Source of the DNA: Delftia acidovorans NBRC 14950
GTDB taxonomy: Bacteria > Pseudomonadota > Gammaproteobacteria > Burkholderiales > Burkholderiaceae_C
NCBI RefSeq assembly: GCF_001598795.1
Contig: NZ_BCZP01000001.1
Coordinates: 300,001-332,000 of the forward strand
DNA: 32,000 nt
Reading direction: 5' to 3'
The notes beneath the pieces are model-generated. The model saw only the letters and a program-made list of their open reading frames with translations. It searched no databases and was not told where the DNA came from. This document shows positions 20,784-31,313 of the stretch, in pieces. The translations under genes and the position numbers were made by a program. Position 1 is the first letter of the stretch. Each line of letters opens with the position of its first letter.

Positions 20784-21593
20784 CTACGCGTCGAGTGCCT
20801 TGCGCACGCCGCGCAGGAAGTCGATGGTCAGGGGGACGATCTTTTCGTGGGGCTGGCCGTCCAGCATCTCGGTGATGCGGCTGCCGATGACCACGGCGTC
20901 AGCCACGCGGGATATGGCCTGGGCCGTGGCCGCGTCGCGGATGCCGAAGCCCACGCCCACGGGAATGCTCACATGCTCGCGGATGCGCGGCAGCATGGCT
21001 TCCACGGCCGCCGTGTCGAGCGTGCCTGCTCCGGTCACGCCCTTGAGCGAGACGTAGTAGACATAGCCGCTGGCCACGCGCGCCACCTGCTGCATGCGCT
21101 CGGTGGTGGAGGTGGGCGCCAGCAGGAAGATGAGGTCCATGTCGCGCGCACGCAGTTGCGCGGCGAATGCCTCGCACTCCTCGGGTGGGTAGTCCACGAT
21201 GAGCAGGCCATCGACGCCGGCCTCGGCCGCATCGTCCACGAAGCGGTCATTGCCGTGGATCTGGTCGTAGCGCTCCACCGGGTTGGCGTAGCCCATCAGC
21301 ACCACGGGCGTGGTCTGGTTCTTCTGGCGGAACTCGCGCACATAGGCCAGCACCTGCACCAGGCCCACGCCATTGGCGATGGCGCGGTCGCCTGCCTTCT
21401 GGATGGTGGGGCCGTCGGCCATGGGGTCCGAGAAGGGCACGCCCAGCTCGATCACGTCGGCGCCGGCCTCCACCATGCCGTGCATCAGCGACGGCGTGAT
21501 GGCCGCGAACGGGAAGCCTGCGGTGATGTACGGGATCAGGGCCTTGCGGCCTTCTTCCTGGAGTTTGGCGAAAGTCGTGGTGATGCGGCTCAT
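20784..21593 (-). CDS. trpA: Tryptophan synthase alpha chain
   Basis: [11 protein letters not shown]..., [18 protein letters not shown] and GFGI motifs. It overlaps trpB by 4 nt. Confidence 0.96.
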   Translation of the reverse strand: MSRITTTFAKLQEEGRKALIPYITAGFPFAAITPSLMHGMVEAGADVIELGVPFSDPMADGPTIQKAGDRAIANGVGLVQVLAYVREFRQKNQTTPVVLMGYANPVERYDQIHGNDRFVDDAAEAGVDGLLIVDYPPEECEAFAAQLRARDMDLIFLLAPTSTTERMQQVARVASGYVYYVSLKGVTGAGTLDTAAVEAMLPRIREHVSIPVGVGFGIRDAATAQAISRVADAVVIGSRITEMLDGQPHEKIVPLTIDFLRGVRKALDA

Positions 21594-22846
21594 TGAGCTG
21601 CTCCTCCCTTGACCGTGAGCCCGCGCATGGAGGGACGGTCGTAGTAATCGGCGCCCGAGAGGTCGGCCACGGTGCCGATGTCCTTGTCACCGCGACCGGA
21701 CAGGTTCACGAGGATGGACTGGTCGGCGCGCATGGTCTTGGCCAGTTGCATGGCATAGGCCACGGCATGGCTGGACTCCAGGGCGGGAATGATGCCTTCG
21801 GTGCGGCACAGGTAGTGGAAGGCGTCCAGCGCCTCCTGGTCGGTGATGCCCACGTACTGGGCCCGGCCCAGTTCCTGCAGCCAGGCGTGCTCGGGGCCGA
21901 CGCCGGGATAGTCGAGGCCGGCGCTGATGCTGTGGGTCTCGGTGATCTGGCCGTTCTCGTTCTGCAGGATGAAGGTGCGGTTGCCGTGCAGCACGCCGCT
22001 GCTGCCGCGCTGCAGCGAGGCCGAGTGCTTGCCGCTGTCCAGGCCTTCGCCGGCCGCCTCCACGCCGATCAGGCGCGTGTTCTCGAACGGAATGTAGGGG
22101 TGGAAGATGCCCATGGCATTGCTGCCGCCGCCCACGCAGGCGACCACGGCATCAGGCTGGCGGTCGGCGCCCAGGAATTCGGGCATCTGCGTCAGGCACT
22201 CCTCGCCGATGACCTTCTGGAAGTCGCGCACCATCGCCGGGTAGGGATGGGGGCCGGCCACGGTGCCGATGATGTAGAAGGTGTTGTCCACGTTGGCCAC
22301 CCAGTCGCGCATGGCCTCGTTGAGCGCGTCCTTGAGCGTGCGGCTGCCCGACTCCACTGGCACCACCGTGGCGCCCAGCAGGCGCATGCGGTAGACGTTG
22401 GGGCTTTGGCGTTTCACGTCCTCGGCACCCATGTAGACGATGCATTCGAGGCCGTAGCGCGCGCAGATGGTGGCCGTGGCCACGCCGTGCTGGCCCGCGC
22501 CGGTCTCGGCAATGATGCGGGGCTTGCCCATGCGCCGGGCAAGCATGGCCTGGCCGATCACGTTGTTGATCTTGTGCGCGCCCGTGTGGTTGAGGTCTTC
22601 GCGCTTGAGGTAGATCTGCGCGCCGCCCATCTCGCGCGACATGCGTGCCGCGTGGTAGACGGGCGAGGGACGGCCGACGAAGTGGGCCAGCTCGGACTGG
22701 AATTCGGCAACGAATTCCGGGTCGTTCTGGTACTTGGCGTAGGCGTCGCGCAGCTCGGTCAGAGCGTGTGTCAGGGTTTCGCTGGCAAAGCTGCCGCCGA
22801 AGCGGCCGAAGTGGCCGGATGCGTCAGGGTACTGGTATTCGAACAT
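21590..22846 (-). CDS. trpB: Tryptophan synthase beta chain
   Basis: [25 protein letters not shown]..., [11 protein letters not shown] (PLP lysine) and GGGSNAMG. The start at 22846 was chosen by homology. The 58 upstream codons in the track ORF lie inside trpF, so trpF and trpB overlap by 23 nt. Confidence 0.95.
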   Translation of the reverse strand: MFEYQYPDASGHFGRFGGSFASETLTHALTELRDAYAKYQNDPEFVAEFQSELAHFVGRPSPVYHAARMSREMGGAQIYLKREDLNHTGAHKINNVIGQAMLARRMGKPRIIAETGAGQHGVATATICARYGLECIVYMGAEDVKRQSPNVYRMRLLGATVVPVESGSRTLKDALNEAMRDWVANVDNTFYIIGTVAGPHPYPAMVRDFQKVIGEECLTQMPEFLGADRQPDAVVACVGGGSNAMGIFHPYIPFENTRLIGVEAAGEGLDSGKHSASLQRGSSGVLHGNRTFILQNENGQITETHSISAGLDYPGVGPEHAWLQELGRAQYVGITDQEALDAFHYLCRTEGIIPALESSHAVAYAMQLAKTMRADQSILVNLSGRGDKDIGTVADLSGADYYDRPSMRGLTVKGGAAQ

Positions 22847-23546
22847 GGCTTGTCTGCAAAAGTTGGTCATCGGCCGCGCGCACGGCGGCGATGAATCGGT
22901 GTATCTTGCCGGCGTCCTTGATGCCCCTGAGGGGCTTGCCGTCGGGACCATCGGCCTCGACGCCGGAACTGACATCAACGGCCAGCGAGAGTCCTCGCGG
23001 GCGCACTTGCAAGATGCCATCGGTCACGTTTGCAGGCGTGAGTCCACCAGACAAAACGAGGTGAGAGGCGACGTTTGGTGGAAGGAGTGACCAATTGAAT
23101 GCTTTTCCGCCACCACCATAGCCGTCGACATGGGCGTCGAGCAGTATGGCCTGGGCTTTCGAGTAACGCTGTGCATATTCTACGAGGTCGAAGCGCGCGG
23201 CGTCGGGACCAAGGGGAATGCGTGCGGCGCGCAGGAAGGCGCGGGTGCCGCCCGATGTGGCGGCAAGGCAGTCCTCGGGGGACTCGTCGCCGTGGAACTG
23301 CACGCAGGCGCCCGGGATGGCGGCGCAGGCAGCCATTACGTTGGCGGCGCTTTCATTGACGAACAGCAGCACCGGGGTCACGAAGGGCGGCAGGCGCCGC
23401 GCCAGTTCTGCAGCGCGCTGCACCGTCACGGCGCGCGGACTGGGGGCGTAGAGCACAAAACCCACCGCATCGGTACCCGCAGCCACGGCGGCGTCCACGT
23501 CCTGTTCGCGGGTGAGTCCGCAGATCTTGATTCGAGTGCGCTGCAT
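22824..23546 (-). CDS. trpF: Phosphoribosylanthranilate isomerase
   Basis: [31 protein letters not shown]..., [10 protein letters not shown] and VDVSSGVE. Confidence 0.92.
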   Translation of the reverse strand: MQRTRIKICGLTREQDVDAAVAAGTDAVGFVLYAPSPRAVTVQRAAELARRLPPFVTPVLLFVNESAANVMAACAAIPGACVQFHGDESPEDCLAATSGGTRAFLRAARIPLGPDAARFDLVEYAQRYSKAQAILLDAHVDGYGGGGKAFNWSLLPPNVASHLVLSGGLTPANVTDGILQVRPRGLSLAVDVSSGVEADGPDGKPLRGIKDAGKIHRFIAAVRAADDQLLQTSHVRIPVP

Positions 23547-23578
23547 GGGGGCTGAAGAATGGGGGAGGGCTTGTCCGT

Positions 23579-24427
23579 TCACGGGAGCCAATCATAGGCC
23601 GGGCTGCGCGAAGGAAGGCCCCATGAAGGATCGTATACGGGGCCCAGAAAGTACAGGCCGTCGGGCGAGAAGGTGGGCGCGGCGGCATCGCGGGAGCGGG
23701 CGTCCAGTACCTGCTGCATCCACTGCGGCGCATACGCGCCCTGGCCGATGGCGATCAGGCAGCCCATGATGTTGCGCACCATGTGGTGGAGGAAGGCGCT
23801 GCCTTCGAACTCGAAGCGCCAGTAGCAGCATTCCATGGCCGCATCGCCGGGCCGCATGGAGCTGGCTGCGGCCATCTGGGCGCCATCGCCTGCCATGCGG
23901 CGGGTGATGGACAGACGGTGCAGCGTCTTGACGGGAGACTTGGCCTGGCAGCCCGATGCGCGGAACGAGCTGAAGTCGTGCTCGCCCAGCAGGTGCCGGG
24001 CGGCGGCCTGCATGGCATCACCATCGAGCGCATGGAACACCCAGCCCACGCGCCCGGCCTCCACGCTGGGGCGCACGGGCGATTGCAGCAGCACATAGGC
24101 ATAGCGCCTTGCCGTGGCACAGGCGCGCGAATGGAAGGCATCGGGCACGGGCTGGGCCCATTGCACGGCAATGTCCGGCGGCAGGAAGGTGTTGGTGCCA
24201 CGGACCCAGGAGAACGGGGCCCTGTCCAGCGGCGTGTCGAAGTGGACGACCTGCATGAGGCCGTGCACGCCGGCATCGGTGCGGCCCGCGCAGAGGGTGT
24301 GCACCTCCTGAGCGGCAAAGCGGCCCAGGGCCGCTTCGAGATGGTCTTGAATGGTGTTGCCAGACAGCTGGCTTTGCCAGCCGCTGTAGCGCTGGCCGTT
24401 GTAGGCGACGCCGAGGGCTACGCGCAT
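23579..24427 (-). CDS. truA: tRNA pseudouridine(38-40) synthase
   Basis: MRVALGVAYNGQRYSGWQSQ..., catalytic GRTDAGVHG, and FLHHMVRNIMG. Confidence 0.94.
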   Translation of the reverse strand: MRVALGVAYNGQRYSGWQSQLSGNTIQDHLEAALGRFAAQEVHTLCAGRTDAGVHGLMQVVHFDTPLDRAPFSWVRGTNTFLPPDIAVQWAQPVPDAFHSRACATARRYAYVLLQSPVRPSVEAGRVGWVFHALDGDAMQAAARHLLGEHDFSSFRASGCQAKSPVKTLHRLSITRRMAGDGAQMAAASSMRPGDAAMECCYWRFEFEGSAFLHHMVRNIMGCLIAIGQGAYAPQWMQQVLDARSRDAAAPTFSPDGLYFLGPVYDPSWGLPSRSPAYDWLP

Positions 24428-24502
24428 TGCGAGGCCTCCGGCATGGGTTGGGTGTGCATCAAGTTGTCAGTTTTCCATGGCGGCTTGCACCACCCTGTCA
24501 CG

Positions 24503-24534
24503 CGAAACCGGTGCGGCGCCTGGGCAGGCGCCGC
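24503..24534 (-). terminator. Possible terminator after fimV
   Basis: The minus strand reads GCGGCGCCT-gccc-AGGCGCCGC, followed a few nt later by a short TTT. The T-tract is weak. Confidence 0.4.
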
Positions 24535-24540
24535 CGGGCT

Positions 24541-27447
24541 TCAATCTATCTCGGCCAGCAGGCGCTGGGCCTTGGCCTTGAGATCGCCGTGGGCCTCGGC
24601 GATCACTTCCTCGATCAGTGTACGGGCTCCGTCACTGTCGCCGATGGCGTTGAATTCCTGGGCCAGTGCCAGCTTGGTGGCCAGCGGGTCTTCAGGGGCC
24701 GAGGGCGGGGTTGCCACGGCAGGGGCGTCGTTGCCCAGGTCCAGGGACAGGCTGCCCAGGTCGAATTCCAGCGACTCGGCCGGTTCGGGCTTGGCCTTGG
24801 CCGCCGTCTCCAGCACGCCGCCTGCCTGGGGCGTTGCCGGCGTTGGGGCAGGTGCCTCCGTGCTCAGGCCTTCCAGGTTGAACTCCATGGCGTCCAGCGA
24901 CAGCAGCTCGGTCTTGGCATGGCTGTCGTCCGTAGTGGAGCTGGTCAGGGGCGAGGGCTCGGTGGCCGGGAAGCTGTCGGCCACCTGCGTGCCGGGCATG
25001 TCCAGCGACAGCATCTCGGTCGGCTGCATGCCGTCCATGGCGTTGCTATGGTTAAGGGCGTCCCTCAGCGAGGCGTGGGCCGTGGGCTGGAAGCCGGGCA
25101 TGTCCAGCGATGCAACGGGTGGCTCGACGTGGGGCTCGATGCGAGGTGTGTCGTCCTTTGCGGAGGGCGTGGCTTCCAGCGGCGCGCGCAGCGTGGGCTC
25201 CAGCGCTGCGAAGTCCTGTTCGCTGGGCATGGGGGCCGGTGCGGGCAGGGGGCTGGCGTGCTGCGCGGGCAGGCTGGCATCGGCCAGGCCGCCGGGCAGG
25301 TCCATGTTGAGGTCCATGTCCAGGTCCATAGGCAGGGTGGCAGGGCCTTCGCGGTGCGCATCCATGTCCAGGGGGCGGCTGGCCAGCGAGGCGGCAGCCA
25401 GTCCGGCAGCAGCCACTGCGGCGCCACCGGCAACGGCGGCACCAGACAGGGGCGCGGCGCCTGCAGGCTGGTAGAGGGCGTTTTCCGGGTCCAGGATGCG
25501 GCCCTGGTCGGCCAGGCGCTGCCAGTCCACGCCCTTGCCCTGGGTCAGGCCATGCAGGGTCTGCGCGACGGCCTCGAAGGCCTTGCGGTCATGGCGCTTG
25601 GCGTAGATGTCGGCCAGCTTCTGGTGCAGTGCGGTGCGGTTGGGGTCGGTGCGCAGCGCTTCCTTGAGGATTTCCTCTGCCTGCAGGTCGCGGCCATAGG
25701 CCAGGTAGACGTCGGCCTCCGCCACGGGGTCCACATCGCCCGCATCAAGCTGGCTGGGCGAGTAATGCATGGAGGTGCCGGACAGCTGGCTCGAAGTGCC
25801 GGTGTCCACGCGTTGGCCGCCGCTGGCGCCAAAGAAGGAGTCGGCTGCCAGCTGGCTGTCGCCAAAGGCGCTTTCGCTGGAGGCGGCAGCGGCGCGGCGG
25901 CGCTGCATGACGCGGTAGCCGCCATAGCCCAGCAGCAGGGCCAGCAGGGCAGCACCGGCCAGCGGGATGGTTGGGTCTTCCAGCAGCGTATCGATGAAGC
26001 TGGGCTCGGCGATCGGCGCGACGGGGGCGGGTGCCGGCTTGGGCTTCGGCGGCTCGGCCGAAGCGGGCGTGGCGGGCACAGCTTCTGCTGCGGGCGCTGC
26101 CGAGCCGGCTGCATTGGCTGCGGCGTCTGGAGCAGCGGTGGGCGCAGCGGCCGCAGCAGCTGCATCGGCAGGCGCTGCCGGGGCCGCGGGAGTTGTCTGG
26201 GGTGCTGCAGCTTCAGGCGCTGCAGGCACGGTCGGCGCGCCCGGCACAGCGACGCCGTTTGCCGTGCCGCTGGCTGCCGAGGCAGGTGCTGCAGCAGCAC
26301 CTTCGGCGGGCTTGGTGGCGGCGGCGATCTGGCTCAGCTCGGACATGTTGCGCTGCAACTCGGCCGTGCGCGATGCCTGGTCGTCCGACTGCTTTTGCTT
26401 GGCCAGGCGCTCGTCGGCCTCCACGCCCTTGACGGCGCCCTTGGACAGGGTGAGCTTGTCGGGTGCTGCGGTGGACGGCTTGCGGTCTTCGACCTGGGCC
26501 TGGACGCTGCCCGATGCTTCGCGGTTGGCCGATGCCACGGGCGCGGCCGGCGCGGCGCTGGCCAGCTGGCGGCGGAACTGGTTGAAATCGCGGGACTGGG
26601 CGGCAACGATCTGGCGCGCTTCGCGCGGCGAGGTGGCCTGGGCCGTGGCTTCGTCCGGCACGGTGAGCACGGCGCCGGAGCGCATGCGGTTCACATTGCC
26701 GTTGATGAAAACCTTGGGATTGGTGCGCAGCATGGCCACCAGCATCTGGTCCAGCGAAACGCCGGCTGGCAGGTGGGTGGCGGCGATGCGGCCTGCCGTG
26801 TCCCCGGCCTTGATGCGGACTTCGGAGGCCTCGGACGGCGCGGGAGCCGCTGCGGCGCGCTCGCGGGCTGCCGGGGCGGCACGGCGCGCTGCTGCTGGCG
26901 CGGGGCGGCTTTCCTCGGTGTTGCCTGCAGCGGCTTGCGATGCAGCTTGCGAGGGGGCGGGGGCTGCGCGGCGCGGCGCTGCGGCGGGCTCGGGTGCCGA
27001 GGCCTGGGCTGCAGCCGTCACGGCAGGCGGGAGCTTTTGCAGGGTGGGCGGGTCCAGCAGCAGGGTGTAGTTGCGCTGCAGGTTGCCCGAGGCCCAGCTG
27101 GCGTCGATCACCAGATCGACAAAGGGTTCGTTGACGGGCTGTGTGCTTGTGAGGCGCAGCACGGCCGAGCCATCCGCGCGGCGCTGCACGCTGACGCGCA
27201 CCTGGCTGGCGGTGGCGTTGTACTCCATGCCCTGGGTGCGGAAGACGCCGGGAGAGGCCACGCCCACGCGCAGGCCTTCGGCTTCAGCGGCGGTGATCTG
27301 GGGGATTTCGACTTCGGCACGCAGGGGCTCGCCCAGGGCCGATTGCACGTTCACCCGGCCCAGAGCCAGTGCCCAGGCCTCGGAGGCGGGCAGTGCGACC
27401 GAGACGACGGCCGCAGTGGCCAGCACAGAGAGTTTCCAACGATGCAT
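24541..27447 (-). CDS. fimV: FimV-family peptidoglycan-binding protein (type IV pilus / polar organisation)
   Basis: Signal peptide, FimV N-domain (LGRVNVQSALGEPLRAEVEI...NYTLLLDPP) and a LysM segment (IKAGDTAGRIA...MRSGAVLTVP). These are followed by a long Ala/Pro/acidic low-complexity region, one TM (IPLAGAALLALLLGYGGY), a TPR-like segment and the conserved C-terminal FimV motif (LALAQEFNAIGDSDGARTLIEEVI). Confidence 0.9.
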   Translation of the reverse strand: MHRWKLSVLATAAVVSVALPASEAWALALGRVNVQSALGEPLRAEVEIPQITAAEAEGLRVGVASPGVFRTQGMEYNATASQVRVSVQRRADGSAVLRLTSTQPVNEPFVDLVIDASWASGNLQRNYTLLLDPPTLQKLPPAVTAAAQASAPEPAAAPRRAAPAPSQAASQAAAGNTEESRPAPAAARRAAPAARERAAAAPAPSEASEVRIKAGDTAGRIAATHLPAGVSLDQMLVAMLRTNPKVFINGNVNRMRSGAVLTVPDEATAQATSPREARQIVAAQSRDFNQFRRQLASAAPAAPVASANREASGSVQAQVEDRKPSTAAPDKLTLSKGAVKGVEADERLAKQKQSDDQASRTAELQRNMSELSQIAAATKPAEGAAAAPASAASGTANGVAVPGAPTVPAAPEAAAPQTTPAAPAAPADAAAAAAAPTAAPDAAANAAGSAAPAAEAVPATPASAEPPKPKPAPAPVAPIAEPSFIDTLLEDPTIPLAGAALLALLLGYGGYRVMQRRRAAAASSESAFGDSQLAADSFFGASGGQRVDTGTSSQLSGTSMHYSPSQLDAGDVDPVAEADVYLAYGRDLQAEEILKEALRTDPNRTALHQKLADIYAKRHDRKAFEAVAQTLHGLTQGKGVDWQRLADQGRILDPENALYQPAGAAPLSGAAVAGGAAVAAAGLAAASLASRPLDMDAHREGPATLPMDLDMDLNMDLPGGLADASLPAQHASPLPAPAPMPSEQDFAALEPTLRAPLEATPSAKDDTPRIEPHVEPPVASLDMPGFQPTAHASLRDALNHSNAMDGMQPTEMLSLDMPGTQVADSFPATEPSPLTSSTTDDSHAKTELLSLDAMEFNLEGLSTEAPAPTPATPQAGGVLETAAKAKPEPAESLEFDLGSLSLDLGNDAPAVATPPSAPEDPLATKLALAQEFNAIGDSDGARTLIEEVIAEAHGDLKAKAQRLLAEID

Positions 27448-27541
27448 AAAGCGTCAAACCTGTGTGGATGCAATTGGGCAGGCACTATTGTTATTGTGGG
27501 AATGCCCGCGCTTGCACATGTAATTGAAATTTACCCGGGGA

Positions 27542-27559
27542 TAGATGGCACGCCATCTA
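27542..27559. promoter_or_regulatory. 18-bp palindrome TAGATGGC-AC-GCCATCTA about 95 nt upstream of fimV; candidate operator
   Basis: Perfect 8-bp arms, read directly. No cognate regulator is identified. Confidence 0.3.
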
Positions 27560-27751
27560 CCAAGGTGCTTGGGTCGCATTGTCGGCCACGCTATAGGATC
27601 ACAAGCGTCTGGTTGCCGGCGAACGCCAATAGTTGTTGTCGAACGGCAACGAGAAGAAACACAATGTATCTTTGGTGATTGTAGGCAACCACCTACAGCC
27701 AATGGACAAGAGACCTGGGCATTGTGCCCAATTGCCCAGGGCTTAAAGCCG

Positions 27752-27791
27752 AAAAAAGCGCCATGTCCCGGGCCGGGACATGGCGCTTTTT
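27752..27791. terminator. Bidirectional intrinsic terminator after asd
   Basis: AAAAAA-GCGCCATGTCCCGG-g-CCGGGACATGGCGC-TTTTT, 24 nt beyond the asd stop. Confidence 0.9.
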
Positions 27792-27814
27792 GTGTTGGCT
27801 CAAGCCGGCGATGC

Positions 27815-28927
27815 TCAGGCGGCGAGCAGGATGCGCAGCATGCGGCGCAGCGGCTCGGCGGCGCCCCACAGCAGCTGGTCACCGATCACGAAGGCCGACA
27901 GATACTCGGGGCCCATGTTCAGCTTGCGCACGCGGCCCACGCCGACTTCCAGGCCGCCGGTGATGGCGGCAGGGGTCAGTTCCTTGACGGTGATGGCGCG
28001 GTCGTTGGGAACCCACTTCACCCAGGGGTTGCCGGACTTGATGATGGCTTCCAGCTCTTCCAGGGGCAGGTCCTTCTTGAGCTTGAGGGTCAGCGCCAGG
28101 CTGTGGCAGCGCATGGCGCCGATGCGCACGCACAGGCCATCGACAGGGATGGTCTGCTCGGTGCCCAGGATCTTGTTGACCTCGGCCTGGCCCTTCCACT
28201 CTTCCTTGGACTGGCCGTTGTCCAGCTGCGCATCGATCCAGGGGATCAGTCCACCGGCCAGCGGTGCGCCGAAGAATTCGGTGGGCACGTCGGTGCGGAT
28301 GGTCTGGGCCACCTTGCGGTCGATGTCCAGGATGGCGGATGCGGGCGTGGCCAGTTCGTCGGCCACGGCAGCGTGCACCACGCCCATGCCCTTGAGCAGT
28401 TCGCGCATGTGGTTGGCGCCGCCACCGGAGGCTGCCTGGTAGGTCATGGAGCTGACCCATTCCACGAGACCGGCCTTGAACAGGCCGCCCAGGCCCATCA
28501 GCAAGATGGAGTTGGTGCAGTTGCCGCCAATCCAGTTCTTGCCGCCCGCGGCGAGCTTGGACTGGATCAGGCCTTCATTGACGGGGTCGAGCACGATGAC
28601 GGCATCGCCTTCCATGCGCAGCGACGACGCGGCATCGATCCAGTGGCCGTTCCAGCCCGAGGCGCGCAGCTGGGGGAAGACTTCCTTGGTGTAGTCGCCG
28701 CCCTGGCAGGTAATGATGATGTCGCACTTGGACAGCTCGGCAATGTCGTTGGCATTGCGCAGCTCGGTGTGGGTCTTCGCCATGGCCGGGGCCTTGCCGC
28801 CAGCGTTGGAGGTGGAGAAGAACACGGGCTCGATCAGGTCGAAGTCGCCCTCTGCCTGCATGCGGTCCATCAGCACGGAGCCGACCATGCCGCGCCAGCC
28901 GACGAGGCCTACCAATTGCTTGCTCAT
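27815..28927 (-). CDS. asd: Aspartate-semialdehyde dehydrogenase
   Basis: [14 protein letters not shown]..., active-site region GGNCT, length 370 aa. It is collinear with proteobacterial Asd. Confidence 0.96.
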   Translation of the reverse strand: MSKQLVGLVGWRGMVGSVLMDRMQAEGDFDLIEPVFFSTSNAGGKAPAMAKTHTELRNANDIAELSKCDIIITCQGGDYTKEVFPQLRASGWNGHWIDAASSLRMEGDAVIVLDPVNEGLIQSKLAAGGKNWIGGNCTNSILLMGLGGLFKAGLVEWVSSMTYQAASGGGANHMRELLKGMGVVHAAVADELATPASAILDIDRKVAQTIRTDVPTEFFGAPLAGGLIPWIDAQLDNGQSKEEWKGQAEVNKILGTEQTIPVDGLCVRIGAMRCHSLALTLKLKKDLPLEELEAIIKSGNPWVKWVPNDRAITVKELTPAAITGGLEVGVGRVRKLNMGPEYLSAFVIGDQLLWGAAEPLRRMLRILLAA

Positions 28928-29026
28928 TTTTGAAACGCCCTTTCAGTGTGAAAACAGTGCTTGATCAAGACTGTTGTCGCCCGGCTCGTCTAGGCCAGGT
29001 GAGGGCGCACGACGAACCGGGCTGGG

Positions 29027-29146
29027 TCAGCCTTTGATTGTCGTAATGGTTGTGGAGGTGATTGCGCGCGCAGCCACACCAGCCAGGGCGGCGGGTGCAA
29101 TGTTCAGCAGGAGGAACGGGCGGGCGGCAAACATAAGAGACGTCAT
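29027..29146 (-). CDS. Candidate 39-aa short ORF (leader peptide or small membrane protein) ending in a Thr/Ile run
   Basis: MTSLMFAARPFLLLNIAPAALAGVAARAITSTTITTIKG*. Alternative ATG starts are at 29134 (35 aa) and 29239 (70 aa). No Shine-Dalgarno precedes any of them, and coding status is unproven. Confidence 0.3.
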   Translation of the reverse strand: MTSLMFAARPFLLLNIAPAALAGVAARAITSTTITTIKG

Positions 29147-29315
29147 TCTATCGAATACGCCAGGAAAGAGAATGTCTGTTTTGATGAATATCTTCGTCGA
29201 ATCGGCGAAAACCGGACGTCTATTTTGACGTTTTGCCATGTTGTGGCGGAGCAGGGCAGTGCCCGCCCGCCACAGGGACAGCCGCAAGCCTGGAGGCTGG
29301 CGGCCGTCATGGACT

Positions 29316-30482
<1,167 letters not shown>

Positions 30483-31136
30483 TCAGCGCTGCACCAGCGT
30501 GTGTGCCAGCCAGGGCTTGGTGGCCAGGCGCTCGGCCTCGTAGGCGCGGATCTTGTCGGCGTGGCGCAGCGTCAGGCCGATATCGTCAAAGCCGTTGAGC
30601 AGGCAGAACTTGCGAAAGGCGATGACATCGAAAGGGATCTCCTCGCCCTGCGGGCGCACGATCACCTGGCGATCCAGATCAATGGTCAGCTCGTAGCCGG
30701 GGAAGGCCGCGATCTCGTTGAACAGCATGTCGATCGTGGCCTCGGGCAGCACGATGGGCAGCAGGCCGTTCTTGAAGCAGTTGTTGAAAAAGATGTCGGC
30801 AAAGCTGGGCGCCAGGATGGCGCGAAAGCCGTACTGGTCCAGGGCCCAGGGCGCGTGCTCGCGGCTAGAGCCGCAGCCGAAGTTCTTGCGTGCGACCAGG
30901 ATGGAGGCGCCCGCATAGCGCGGCTGATTGAGCACGAAGTCGGGGTTGGGCTTGCGCGAGGCCGGGTCCTGGCCGGGCTCGCCATGGTCCAGGTAGCGCC
31001 ATTCGTCGAACAGGTTCACGCCGAAGCCGGTCTTCTTGATCGACTTGAGGAACTGCTTGGGAATGATGGCGTCGGTATCGACGTTTTCGCGGTCCATGGG
31101 GGCGACAAGGCCCTTGTGCACGGTGAATTGTTGCAT
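30483..31136 (-). CDS. leuD: 3-isopropylmalate dehydratase small subunit
   Basis: [28 protein letters not shown]..., [13 protein letters not shown]. Confidence 0.96.
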   Translation of the reverse strand: MQQFTVHKGLVAPMDRENVDTDAIIPKQFLKSIKKTGFGVNLFDEWRYLDHGEPGQDPASRKPNPDFVLNQPRYAGASILVARKNFGCGSSREHAPWALDQYGFRAILAPSFADIFFNNCFKNGLLPIVLPEATIDMLFNEIAAFPGYELTIDLDRQVIVRPQGEEIPFDVIAFRKFCLLNGFDDIGLTLRHADKIRAYEAERLATKPWLAHTLVQR

Positions 31137-31156
31137 GGCTGTATCGGATTCAGGGT

Positions 31157-31282
31157 TCAGCGGGCGGCGCGTTCGATGGCGCTGCCCGCGCTTTGCACGT
31201 CCTGGCCAATGCCCTTGACGGTATTGCAGGCGGCCAGGGTGAAGGCCAGGCCGATCAGGAGGATCGAGAAGGAGGGCTTCAT
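31157..31282 (-). CDS. Entericidin EcnA/EcnB-family small lipoprotein (41 aa)
   Basis: Hand-translated; it falls below the ORF-track length cutoff. [41 protein letters not shown] has a lipobox (L-A-A-C). The mature part aligns with E. coli EcnB (...[25 protein letters not shown]...). Confidence 0.8.
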   Translation of the reverse strand: MKPSFSILLIGLAFTLAACNTVKGIGQDVQSAGSAIERAAR

Positions 31283-31313
31283 GGTGTGCAGGCGGGGCAG
31301 TTGCGGGATCGGA

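Noticed and set aside
25900-26300. Repetitive GC-rich DNA inside fimV (GCNGCN-type periodicity) that could look like a tandem repeat array.
   Set aside because: It is the in-frame coding sequence for the Ala/Pro-rich linker of FimV. It has no spacer/repeat organisation and no CRISPR-like structure.
27503-27678. 58-aa plus-strand ORF (MPALAHVIEIYPGIDGTPSTKVLG...) in the fimV-asd spacer.
   Set aside because: Its codon usage is AT3-rich, unlike every real gene here, and it has no properly spaced RBS. It is the tail of the fimV antisense shadow ORF.
28928-29315. Lysine (L-box) riboswitch upstream of asd. The 18197-18441 region upstream of lysS was also checked.
   Set aside because: There are no conserved L-box core motifs or multi-helix junction architecture, and the regions are too short or unstructured in the expected pattern.
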